Positions 35,935 through 48,373 of a stretch of DNA of 64,000 nucleotides are shown here, piece by piece. The notes below the pieces were generated by a model. That model did no database searches. It saw nothing but the letters and a program-made list of their open reading frames with translations, and was not told the DNA's origin. The stretch is from Trichosphaerium sp. ATCC 40318 (Eukaryota; Protista; Tubulinea), in contig JALMLS010000220.1 in NCBI GenBank assembly GCA_038496445.1, forward strand, positions 1 through 64,000. Direction: 5' to 3'. A program made the translations under genes and the position numbers. Each line of letters starts with the position of its first letter. The first letter of the stretch is position 1.

Positions 35935-38868
35935 TTACTCTAACTTTAAATCCTTTGCAACCATCTTTTGACAGATACCATGGTAAGTGCCTCTAATAGA
36001 AGCAAATAGATCCAATGCATCTTGTTTACCCATTTTACTATTGAATAATTCTCGGTACAACGGACGAGTGAACTTCATTCTACCTTGACCTAGATCAATA
36101 GTAAGTAAGCTTGCTACTTGTTCAACAAAAAAAACCCAAACACCATAAAAAATGTCCTTGTCACAAGTTTGCTTGTAAGAGAAATTGTTCGTATTAAGCG
36201 TTTCAAATACACGTGATTCAAAAATACAAACACGTGACAGCAGTTGGAGTTGATTGATTTTTTTTTCAAAAAAATTTCCAAGTGCGCACTCTTGAGGATA
36301 TGTAATGCCAATGGTACAACTTTCTTGTACTCTGCTTTGATACCAATTATACACCTTTATATAAAAGTCAGAAACATGCCACTACTTTCTCCTTCTGGAG
36401 AGCTAAAAGGTTGGATTTACCATCGGAAGATAACTTCGTAATTTTGAGACGTTGAGAACTTATAAGCGGCATCCATAGCATCTAGGGTCTTTTCACTTAA
36501 AGCTGGACCTGCCTTGAGTTTATCTAAGAATACTACAACTTGTTGAGAAGGCCATGAAGAGATATCACAAGAAGTGCTAGAATCCTTAGCCTAAACGAAG
36601 AAAGTCAGTTCATTGCAGTGTTTTAGGTTGTTCGTACCCATTTCTCTGCAAGATCGATACATTGTCTCTCCAGTGTATCATCAAAGTTAGGTTTTACAAC
36701 AGGCATACCAGGTTTGGTAAACCAAGTATTCCAATCTACTTTCTCAAGATCAGGAAATGATTTATGAGACTTGAAGTGATTCAAGAAAAACGCTTTAAAG
36801 TCTTCTGTTGTAAGGCACTTGTACTTATAGTTTTCTATAAACAAAATAGAAAGTTAGTGGTAAGAACGCAAACAGAGCAAGCGATTCTCGGTTTCTTCAA
36901 CGCAAAAAAAGCCAACGAAGAACTGAAGTTTTCTGATAGTAAAAAAAACCAAGAAAGTCGTACCAATGTAAGCGTTCAAGAAGCCCTCGAATTCCTCCTT
37001 TCCAGTGATACCTTGCAAATAATACAAGAATTGCATACCCTTGTCATAAGGCACAGAAGAGAATGCATCATCAGGGTCAATACCTAGTAGATAGTGTTAA
37101 ACAAATGGCAAAGATCATACGGCTTAAAAACAAAAAGTTATCATACCTTTAAGATCAGGAACAAGAGCTGTTAGAGGATTATCTGCTCCAAATGCATCAA
37201 CTGAACCTTGAAGTGCTGCATTACCTCTATATATTAATGAGTAGATGAGACAAAAGACAACATCAAAAATAAAAGATCAACGTACCTAATCGCACTAAAG
37301 TGGAACATTGGTTCACCCCGAACTCTGCCAATAATTTTACGTTCCAAGAACGTTGTAAACCCTTCATTGAGCTATAATAGAAGATACTTAGCGCACAAAG
37401 TACTACAAAACATACCACCAAAAAAAAAAGAGGTACACTTACCCAAAAGTGCTCCCAAGTCTTGTTAGTAACAAGGTTACCAAACCAACTACAAAAAAAT
37501 AAGCTCAACGTCATATTGATGATTAGTGTTTTATACCTATGGCTGATTTCATGTGCTACAACATCAACATTTGCTCTATCACCAGAAAGAACTGTAGGTG
37601 TGATGAACGTCTTTAAGAAATAAGTACGAACCGAAAAAAAAAAGAAAAAAAACATACCAAAGTTGGGTTTTCCATGCCACCGTAAGGGAAGCTAGGTGGA
37701 AGTAGAAGTATGTCGTACTTTCCCCCTAAGGTTAATATTAGCATGATAGTAGAGGGTATTTTTATAAACATGCACGTACAGACATAAGGTACTTTGACAA
37801 TTTCTTCAGCTGTTTTAATAAACATCTCAGTCTCATTAAACTCTTCTTCGCCCCTTGCAACCTACATAACTATTTTAATAACATGCGCATAGGAACCACT
37901 ATAATTACCGTTTCTGGTTCACTCCATACTTTACTTCTAGGACCAATATCACGTGACTCCAAATTACCTAAGAAGATGTCAAACTCAACGAAAAAAAAGC
38001 GTTAAAAAAATAAGCGTTGCTTTTTTCGCGTGAAAATCGAGCTTCACGTACCAATGGCGAGTGCAATGAGGTAGCTAGGCATAGGAATCTTTTGTTCAAA
38101 GTGATAGGTAACAGAATCACCGTTTTCAGTGCTTCCAGTGGAGAGGGCGGACATTAAAGCTACCAATGGTTTTTTTACTGTAATATCAGCTGTATATGGA
38201 GCTTTTGCCATTGGAGCATCCTGACATGGAACCATAGTACGAGCGTGAATGGCTTAAGCATGTTAGAGAAGTCTGTGTTAAAAAACTTTTGTTTTAAAAA
38301 AGTCCGTACCTTGACATTGAGTGAATAGGAATGGGTGCTTTTTGCCTGCTGTTTGATTGGCATCAAGCCATTGTAGAGCGGAGGCTACGTTGTGTTAGAA
38401 AAAGGACGTTAAGATACAATGTTTAATGTCATTACTTGCGTACCTTTTTCACTAGTTTCGTAGTATACACGGTGATGTGTTTTCGCGTTTTTTGCGACAG
38501 CGTCGAACGTTATTATTAGAGGTGTACCAAACACTTCGTGTGGCTCTCCCATAGAATACTAGGCGATGTAAGTAATAATTGGTCATGTAAAACGCACTTT
38601 AGCCTCTTTTTCAACAACGCCCGTTTCAGACGCAGTACAGCATGTTACCTTGCTGACTGTAATGTCTTTGGTATCAAGCACAAGTTTTGCGACGGAATCA
38701 GTGATTGCTTCAGCTTTTACCTCAACATAGCCTCTTAAAACCTAATCACGCTATTAACATGCGTATTATAGAGCTCTGTCATGCCTTCCTGTCAAAGTCT
38801 GCTACGAGCGCCAAATGATAAGATTTAGCCCCCAATTCATTGCAATTGCTAAGAGAGTTTGGATCCAT
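35935..38868 (-). CDS. LTA4H: Leukotriene A4 hydrolase / M1 aminopeptidase
   Basis: [44 protein letters not shown]|[15 protein letters not shown]|LNEG, PYDKG and [12 protein letters not shown]. Confidence 0.95.
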
Positions 38869-38954
38869 TGTATAAGATGCTGTTTCCAGTAGTTTAAAAC
38901 AAACACTAACTACGACTTAACGCGATATTAAGTTTATTCCCTTTAAAGCGCTCC

Positions 38955-40440
38955 ATGTCCGCAATACAGGATTACAAGATGCTAACAGCATTGGGTAAAG
39001 GGTATCAACGCAACGTACAACGTTTAAAGTTACTTAAATGCACACAGGGCATACAACACGTGTTTTAAAGCAAAAAACAAGTCAACTGGCGAGATTGTTG
39101 CTATTAAAAGAACAAGCATAACTGACAACAATTATTGGAAGAAACGTGATTTAAAGCCATTCCATAACAAATACACGTTAAGATTCATCTCTGGTTTCAT
39201 CCACAAAAGCTCATTCTTGGTACAGCTCGTTTCTTGCTGAACAGTATCCATTGACTTGGATTATCAAAAAAATTATCAATATTGGTCATATTTTACAGGC
39301 ACTTACATACGGTCATCAGGAGGTGGCACTTATTACGTACTGATTTTCTTTTATTTGGCATCCCAAGTTGTAGGAATCTACACCCTAAACAGGTATCCGC
39401 TGGAAGGCTAGTACTGTAGTAGTACTGAACACAAAGACGGAAATATTGAAACTTTTTTGATAATCCAAGTGTCAGACCTTGCACCACATTTTACTAATGA
39501 TGTTCTTTTCTATAGTGTGTAACAGAGTATATCAGCCATTCTGTTCTAAATATTAGAAAATATCATGCATTTAATGAAGGTCAAATAGCCAGAGTACTTA
39601 ACAATGTGGTAAAAGCACTAGTGTACATACATGAAAAGGGTATAGTACATAAAAAAGTACAAGCAAGTACGTCTCTTTTATTACCCTAATGGTTTGTGTA
39701 TTGTTGTGTTGTTGCGTTTAACCATGTTACAAAAAGAGAATATATTCATTGATGCAGATGGTAACTCCAAACTGGGTGTGTAACTGGTGCAATTTTTTCA
39801 ACAGAAAAAAGTTGTAGTGTTTAAATCTGACATTTGTTTGAAGGCTTACCCAATCTCCATGAAAATCCTTCCGTAAGTCAAAGAATGTTTGATTGTTCCT
39901 AACCACTTGATGTTTACTTAATAAAGTAATTAGGTTTATGACGCAATCTATTGGTGTTCTCCAGAAGCTATTACTGATCGTACTTTTACTGTACTGGTTT
40001 TTTTTCCATGTTTGTTTCTGGGAGACTCACGTTATACATATTTGTAGAAAAAGCATGACATGTGGTCATTGGGTATAACTGCATTAGAATTAGCAGATCT
40101 AGTACCTCCATTAATTAACTCATATGGTGCTGCTATGGTATGAGTTGTGATTTATGAATAGTACATTTATGTAAAGAAGGTTTTTTCCCAAATCGTTTTA
40201 AATGCACCACCACGAGTTAAGTGTGAAGAAATGTGGACAAGTAACTTCATTTCATTTTTGGAGAGATGCTTAAAGAAAAATCCAGAGGACAGATACTCAT
40301 CAAAGCAAGCATTGAATGTACAAAAAAACTAACAGTAGTAATAGTCAGCTGTTCTTACAGATTTTTAGGATAGATTTTTGGCTGTGGGTAAGCACCAAGG
40401 AAACAAAATTTTGATGGATCTTATATCCAAATTATCTTGA
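38955..40440 (+). CDS. STE20-group kinase-fold protein, predicted pseudokinase
   Basis: LGKG|AY, VAIK, YWCSPE and DMWSLGITALELA..PP are present. The catalytic loop reads IVHKKVQA.N instead of HRD, and KL|GLP replaces DFG. Confidence 0.8.
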
Positions 40441-40536
40441 GTATTGATAAAATTATAAGTATTTGTTATTATCATAAACAATGATGAAATATAAAACCCG
40501 CAATACGTTATTCATCAGATTTTTTTTACTTTTTTT

Positions 40537-42407
40537 TTATGAGATTTGTTGTTCCCTTCTATCGTTGTTCCCATAATCCAATATTGTCAGGCATGTAAGG
40601 TACAGTAACAGTAGCAAAATTCTCCTTGTAATTTTCTCTGTGCATGTTTCTTAAAGCAATACGTAACCGATATGTATCTACAAAAACATCGCTTGTTTGC
40701 CTGTACAAAGAACAACATTCACCTTTAAAATACCATGAGTTTAAAGTGATACAATTACAAAGAATTTAATAATGTACTTGAGTCCTTGCCCCACTCACAC
40801 GCCCAGCGGGCTTCATCATTCTTTGAAGGAGATGGACAAAAATCATGAAACGTTGAGTGCTTGAATTTACCAGTATTTAGTTGACTGTAGTACCTAAAGT
40901 TTACATGTAAATTAATATACTTTGTACAACTAGTCACGTGATACAATAAATTTAAAAAACCAGTGTACGTTAAATTCATAGAAGCAGCGAAATGCATGTT
41001 ATCTTGGCTCACTGTGCTATCCCGATGAAACATTTCTAGTATACCAGATCCTAGAAGAGAAGGTTAAACAAGTTTTCAGTACCAAGATAGAGATACAAGT
41101 GTAATGGTTAGCAGCTTAGTTTGTACATAAAATTGTGTCAAAAGTCATTTATTCAAATTATTGCAATGCGCATGGTGTAAAAGAACAAGCAACTAAATGG
41201 TTTTTGACAGAAAAAACTGAGGTACCTTTCGATGCCCATAGTATGCTTATAGATGTATGATGTGTCATGAGTATAGCAGAAGCGCTGTTAATATGTGCGA
41301 TAATATTAGGAAGACTTGTGTTATGTAGGTACACAATCGTATAATTGACATTTTCAATTGCATCTATACCATCAATAACCCACCATTCATTTAAAAATCT
41401 ATTATTGGATGAACTGAAAAGAGCAACAATATTATTCCTTGGAGATTCTTCGACCTCTTTGATATGGAAAGCATTGTACACATGTCTCTTATAAGAAGCA
41501 ATAAAATCATTGCTTAGTTTAGATACATGTACTTGAGGTACACCAACAAGAATTGATTGAAGGTGAATTGTATCTGGAAAATCTTGTATCCAAAGTACTC
41601 TTTCCTCACCAAATACTCCACCCAATTGATCTTTTAATAAATCACGTGATTCATCTTTTTTATTTGAACCAACAAGTAAAAGAATATTATCAACTACCTA
41701 CCAGTGTCATTAAGTTGTTTTTGAAGGTGGAAAACTAAAAAGGCTTTGCCTGTTAGATTAAATTGATCAAGTAAAACAAAAACAGGAAGAACACACTTGT
41801 TATGTATCAGTACGGTATCTATGAGTACAATTAGTAAAGACATTAGATAAGTGTAAAAGAGTCACCATTGACATTGCAATTGGGCAATACGATAGCTGTT
41901 TTTTGAAACGTCTTTGATAATAGCGGTACTTCCTTATCAACAAGTTCAAAGTATGGTTTCTTCACAAAAAATACAATGTCAGCTAACGAACAAAAAAACT
42001 CATCTCGTACATTTTCATAAGGCGGTTTAAGTACTTGATCCCTTTCTGCTAGCCAATCTTCGGGTGATACATCTCTATGCATATGAAAAACGCCACCAGT
42101 AACGTAAACATCTTCAAACAAGATTACTTCTTAACACATCGATAAAAATACGCTACACGTACCATTTATTCGACACGTGCGCCCGATATGAGGATGAGAG
42201 CTTTGACACGTGATAACCATGTTATTACTCTAGTATAATTTGGTACTTTCATCAAATACTGAGTGTTTCACGCACGTATGAGCGTATTTTGATGCCAATC
42301 TGGTTCGTGCTTGTGTAAACAATATATAATGTGCTTAAAACCATAACAAACGCTGCGAGTTTATATATCGTGCGTCTGGGTGATATCGAAAGACATTTTG
42401 AAAGCAT
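40537..42407 (-). CDS. Glycosyltransferase family 61 (DUF563/EOGT-like) type II membrane protein
   Basis: N-terminal TM, GRTCR|..FEDVYV, RFLNE...IIAHINSASAILMTH...ILWASKGT|GILEMF. Divergent at the usual HGAG motif. Confidence 0.6.
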
Positions 42408-42487
42408 TCTGTGGTTGCGCAGATTTTTTTGGTTTTTTGAACCTTAATTGTTGCGTATTGGACTTAAATTAGAAGAAACGCTGCATA

Positions 42488-43252
42488 ATGAGCGCCACTC
42501 GTAAACGCACACGCGTAGGGCACGCAGCGCTACCAAAACCTGTGTCATCAGAGGACATACAACCTACGGAGCAGCCTCAAGAACTACCTAAGGAGCAACC
42601 TAAGGAGCAACCTAAGGAGCAAACTAAGACTACGAGAGATGAACAGAACGAAAAAGCGCCTTCAACAGGCCTAGTTGCACTATTAATCGCAAACAGAAAA
42701 GTACTCATCACGGTGGTTATTTTCCTATTTGTAGTGTTTTGGGCGGCAAGTAGAGAAGAAGTAACCGATATACACGTTTATGATGGCCCAGGATCGCAAG
42801 AAGGCATAGCAGTGATGGGTGAGGAGCTGTGGGATATTTTAATGAACGCTAAACGATCCTTGACGATTCCGCAACTTAGAGCACAGTGCAAAATGTTTAT
42901 ACGCGCCAAGCATGAGCTATCTCCCATTGCCAGCGTAGATTGCCTCAGAAAACAATCGTGGTATGATAATTTGTTCACAGTAGGTAAAATGGTGATTGGA
43001 GGTGACGAAGAAGAGCACTGTGGGTACACTGATGAGCTAGAGCAATGTGTAGTCGTTTACGCAAAAATCGCAAATCAGATAGAACACATAAAAGAGCAAT
43101 ACACCATCTACAGAGGCGTAATAGACTTTTTTACAAAGATAGACCTCCTTTCAGATGAGTACATGGACAAAATGGGTTACGACAAATCTCTCAGAGTGCG
43201 TACGCACCAGAAGTACCCAGATGATAAAAAGCACCAGGAGGAGGAAAAATAA
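42488..43252 (+). CDS. Intronless single-pass membrane protein with KEQP tandem repeats
   Basis: 254-aa ORF with 12-bp repeat cctaaggagcaa x3 at ~42587-42622, TM VLITVVIFLFVVFWAA and a Cys-containing C-terminal domain. Confidence 0.7.
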   Translation: MSATRKRTRVGHAALPKPVSSEDIQPTEQPQELPKEQPKEQPKEQTKTTRDEQNEKAPSTGLVALLIANRKVLITVVIFLFVVFWAASREEVTDIHVYDGPGSQEGIAVMGEELWDILMNAKRSLTIPQLRAQCKMFIRAKHELSPIASVDCLRKQSWYDNLFTVGKMVIGGDEEEHCGYTDELEQCVVVYAKIANQIEHIKEQYTIYRGVIDFFTKIDLLSDEYMDKMGYDKSLRVRTHQKYPDDKKHQEEEK

Positions 43253-43437
43253 AAAAAAAAAACAAATCTCGATCAGGACTTCAAAGAAAAATGCATAAAA
43301 AGCGGGGTAGTCTTGTGGTGTGAACATATTTAAATAAAAAGAAAAACCATTCCAAAAAAAAAATGAAAAACTTTCGGGACTTACTATTTTTATTGGTTGG
43401 TTTTTTGTTTTTCTTTTTTTTGTCCGTTAGTTTTTTT

Positions 43438-46324
43438 TTAGCTTACTACCTCGTATTCCTTCTTCCTTTGTCTCATTTTCTTTTTTATGCATGACACAGT
43501 GAATATACTTACGTATAGTATAAAACCAAGTCCAAATATACCAGCTAAGAGTACCCATGCCTATAAAAAAAAAACACTTTAAAAAATAACTTTTTGTTGT
43601 ATTGAACTGTTCTCAATTTATCCCATATGTCGACACAACAATGCATGTAAACCGTTCACACTACCAATGAGTATGGTTTTGGCACGCGTGTAATTTAAAA
43701 ATGGCATATTTTTGAAATGAAAAGTTTTGGTTTGTGAAAAAACATATAAAGTAACTCTATCTACGTACACGTTGATCCTTTGATAACTTTCCCCACCAAT
43801 TTAATTTTTTTGAATATCACATGGGTTACCAAATACAATCTCACCAGTACCTGGTGGATCTCTAACACTCGGATTTGTAATCGTCATAATATCTAATAAA
43901 TCACCACATCTATTTTGATACAAAACCAATTATTACTCATGCTTATGCGCTTGGAAATATACTTACATTGTTCTATTGGTTTCTCCAGGTATTTTGGGGT
44001 TCACATAGCCACAAAAAAGGAACGGAGAACCAGAATCTACGACTAAAAGTGAGTATCTATAATTTATTTCAATAAGGAAAAAAAGATTGTTTTTTCTTGA
44101 ACTTCTGGTGCCACTCATACTTGGTACTTTAAAAACCTACATACCTGTAGTGATAGCAGGATAATAAGCAATAAACTCCAAACACGCTTCATCAGTTGAT
44201 GCAATACCAAACTTAGTTGCGTTCTTTCTAGCTAAAACAAAATAATTACATTGGTGGTTGTCAACAAATTTATGCGTACTTGAAGTTTCATATGAGCAAT
44301 GAGTATTTATGGAGTCTCCTGGACGTATTGTCCTATTTACAGGAGCTATTTGTTGCCAATCAACATTGAAAAAGTCAGCAAGGTTGAAAGTAGTAGGTTC
44401 TTCTTCTCCTTTCCGTTGTGTGCTCCATACTTGCTTACCAGTTTCGTGCATGTGCTAAAAAATGCTTAAATCCACTTCTAGAATAGTTTGACATACGAGC
44501 ATATCAGAGAATACAAAAATCTCGGTTTTAAACTTCTTTGTGCACTCTGATGGGCAAGAAACCTCATATTCTACTGACGAGTTTGCTGGTATGCTGCTGA
44601 GAGTATATATAGGGTCACCCAATACCATCATTGCTGAAAAATAAAGTAAAAAAACAACACTTACAAAACAATAACTTATCGCAAGGTTTAGGGCACATAC
44701 CAGCATTGTTAGGACGTAATTTTGTTGTATACCATATCTTGATTCCAGAGGAATCAATAATATTTTTTGTAGCCTGCGTATTGTCATATTGTACCTAAGA
44801 TACAAGTTAAAAGACAAAATGATGGTATGAAGAAAAACAAAAAAGAGGCTATCGACTATTTTATGATCCTTACCTCAAATACAACGTGTGTTGCTGAATT
44901 TTGCTCACTAGATCCCATTAGGAAGCCAGCAGCTTCTGGAAGATATATACTGCCCTAGTACAATTAGTTAAAAATACTGCGACGTTAGAGAACTAGGCTT
45001 CTCCAATGCAGAGAAAAAGAATTTCGTAAAACCCGCACCCCACCGCTAGCCCAACTATACAAAAGATCAGTACAGTTTGCAGTTGGTTCACTTAATATTG
45101 GTTCGCATTGTTGAGCATTAGTGTATTGTTGCCATGCTACACATAAACTTAATAAAATCCAGATTTTGTGAGTAAATTTACAAAAAAAAAACACCAACCT
45201 GACCCTTCAGACGGAGAGCAGATATGAACAAGAAAACTATATATAACACCTTCAGACTCCTTAATAACAGTTACGCAATTTAAATCCACTGGGAAATCAA
45301 TTCAAAGTGAGAAATACGTACTGGTTGGATTAAAGGATCAATTCTGATAATATGTGCTTTTTCCACTTCTGCAGTACTTGTAAGTACACATAACACTACT
45401 TCAATGCATCTTACCTGGAAGTGTGAACGATTGACATGTATTATTTGCTGTGCCCTTATTGATTGTAATGTTAGGCATTCTTAGTTCATGACTTTTTAAT
45501 TTGTCATCGTTGGGATCCCAAGGGTTCTTTCCCCAGAATCTTACTGTAGTAGATCCTCTATGATCTTTATCTGAAGGATGAGGTAATGAAACGTTTGAAG
45601 ATGCACCAATAGCCCATATGACGCTTTAAACAACAGTAAACAGAACGCTTCTACTCGTGTTTTTTTTTTTTGAAAAATTGTTTGACACGTGTGGCTCTTA
45701 CCGATTGTCTCCTTCGACTATATCGCGATCCTGAGGATCTCCAGTTTCGAATGCACGTTTGACTTCAAAGGTAGAATATCCATCATTCCTACAAGGATAA
45801 TAACCTTGTTAGAACCCGAGTTCCTAGCTCAAAGACGACATACTCTTCACTTCTAATAAGCACCCAGTTTTGACATGTATCCAGTTCAGGTTGCGCAAAA
45901 TCGAGTGCGTGTCTATCTGTCAATTCACCCGTACCATTTGACATGCGTAGCATTACAATATCAGCGCCTTGCATGAATTTAGAAACTAAAGTGTCAGAAA
46001 AAATTGTTCTACCTGGCATTGCGCCTGTCGCGAGCGCAGCAATACCTTACAAGGTGTTAGCCGTATTGTTAAAGAAACACTCACCAAAACCAACCCAAAC
46101 GTTTGTGGCATGGGCTCTTATCGCCATAAATACCTCTGAGGACGCAGTGCTTACGTTCCAATACAATTCAAATCGACCTGGAAAAAGTACCTGCTTGTTT
46201 TCATAGTCTGATGGCGAAAATGCGTATATACCCGCCAATAGAGTCGCAACAAGCAGTATATTAACTATTCGGAGAAACCTACGGAGACATTTAACGATAT
46301 GATAACTAGAACAGCGTTGTACAT
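43438..46324 (-). CDS. DOMON + copper type II monooxygenase (MOXD1/DBH-like) with degenerate copper sites; C-terminal TM
   Basis: DOMON (FELYWNV...WVGFG...MPGADIV), LYSWASG, LPEAAGF, DSSGIKIWYT..LRP, HMHETG, IRPGDSINTHCSY and STDEACLEFIAYYP. Start approximate. Confidence 0.85.
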
Positions 46325-46582
46325 ATTGATTGCACAAAAAATAGCGCAGGCGAGCGAGCTACGCCGTTTCAATTACGTTTTATTAAGTACTTTTCTTTGG
46401 AATAAGGACAGGCGCGTGTCAACTTTTCGCTTGCCGGGTAGCTGGTATAGAACACGCCGTTAACATCATCTATTACTTACGGGTATGCTCGCAGTAATAA
46501 AACAGTTGGAAACAACTAAATACAACTAAAGCGTTTTTTGGTTAAGGTACCCAATATAAAGTTCGACAGCTTGTAAAACATC

Positions 46583-47142
46583 ATGACGATATTCAACTTT
46601 TATATTTACACAAAGACTGGCCGTTGTATTTTCTACAAAGAATGGAACTTTGGTAATACAGCTCCAGATAGTCGTAAAGAAATACAACAACTCATGTGGG
46701 GTCTTGCCAAGGCGTTAAATTCATTTGTTAAAAAAACGTCACCAACATAGTGCGTAAATACGCCATAAATGCTAGTTTTCGCGTGCTCACGATGTTAGTT
46801 GCGAAGGATTTACTAGCTACGTTACAAGTACTTACAAGCTTCATTTTTTCGAGTCTGCCACCGGCGTAAAGTTCATTATAAACACAGGTACAACTACATA
46901 AGCTCTGCAGTCATAAAAAAAAATTGTTCGTTGTGTTTTTCCTTTAAAATCAAACAAAACAACACTAAAACAGCGTAGACCCAAAAGTTTCAAGTATGCA
47001 GAGTCAATTACATCGTATTTATCGTGATTTCTTTGTGGAATACGTTGTAAAAAATCCATTGTACAAACTCAACGAACCTGTCGACTGTGTCCTTTTTGAG
47101 GACGCCATAGAAGAGTTTGTCACATCCTTACCATTCTTTTAA
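46583..47142 (+). CDS. TRAPPC1: TRAPP complex subunit 1 (Bet5)
   Basis: MTIFNFYIYTKTGRCIFYKEW...YKLHFFESATGVKFIINT...FVEYVVKNPLY...FVTSLPFF*. Confidence 0.9.
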
Positions 47143-47373
47143 GCCTCTGCAAGTCCTCTGTGCAGCTCAAGCGCCGCAAACAAAGCAAAAGTAAACAAAA
47201 AACTTCATGTAAAAAAACCAACAAAAATAAACTTGTACTACACGCCAGACGCATGGATGTAGTGATAAAAATATCTTTCTGTCTCTCATTTATTTGTTTG
47301 GTTCAAATTTGTTGAAAACATCATTTTGACAGGTGTCAAAGATGACAATCCTGCAATGTAATATTTTTAGAGT

Positions 47374-48093
47374 TTATTGTGATTTACTCTTGAGTAATGC
47401 TTTCTCTGCATCTGTCAAGTCGCTAAAACGCGTAAGGGGTTAATATCTTATTGTATGCGTACCTGACAAGTTTGAAATAGGAACACATGTTCAACTTGAC
47501 GTAGAAGCATTCTGGTTCACCGTTAGGACCTTTGGCGATAGTAGAGGATTCGTGAGGGATTACAACAAGGTATCTGAGATATACAAATTAATTCAATACA
47601 TATTACATGAAAAGTGGCGACAAGCGCGTCCGCTGGTAGTTTTGTACGTACGGTTCCGCTAGGAAGAACTCTGTCAAACAAGGATCAGTTGCTTGCTGTG
47701 GGATAGTTGCAACGACAATTCCAGAGCCATGACCCTTCATCAATTTCGTTAACAGTGGGATATAACGCGGTTTAATCGTACCTGGTATATTTTCAAGACG
47801 TTTGCCATGTACGCGTCGCCAGCGCCGTGATTAGAGCTAGAGGTCCTAAAATCGATTAATTTGAGACCAAGAGTTGGACAGTACAACACGCACATGTTTA
47901 TTTGCATGATCAACGAACCGTTTGTCGCGAAGCCGCTTGCCAACGAACTACATACACTACAGTGGGAGGGAATACATGTAGCAGCTTTAGGGCAGCTATG
48001 ACAATCAGCGCAAGCTGCAGGCGCTGTATCTTGTAGGTTAAGAGCAGCAACTATAGCAATTAAGAAAATTCCGGCGTAGATGATCCGTTTCAT
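47374..48093 (-). CDS. Secreted TIMP/NTR-fold-like protein
   Basis: Signal peptide and Cys-rich N-terminus, then AYMANVLKIYQ|G...VVAT.....DPCLTEF....|YLVV...FYVKLNMCSYFKLVS|DLTDAEKALL, which follows the NTR/TIMP pattern. Confidence 0.55.
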
Positions 48094-48373
48094 GGTTGGT
48101 TTGGTTTAAGTGCGTTTTTGTACAAATTGTACACAAAAACGCAAGCACAACCCCTTTGTACGTCAAAAACTATAAATTGGCACTTTACAAGTTGGTACAA
48201 TTGACAATTGAAGAACTCGTTGGTTTTTTAACAGCAGACTATATAGTGTTGGTCTAGTACTATTGGTGAGGCGATACTAGACATTATTGTGCTTTATTTG
48301 GCACTTTCCCTTTACAAGCATGTCAATACAAAGACACACGCGCGAACACTCTTCCAAACGTGTATATTAGCGA

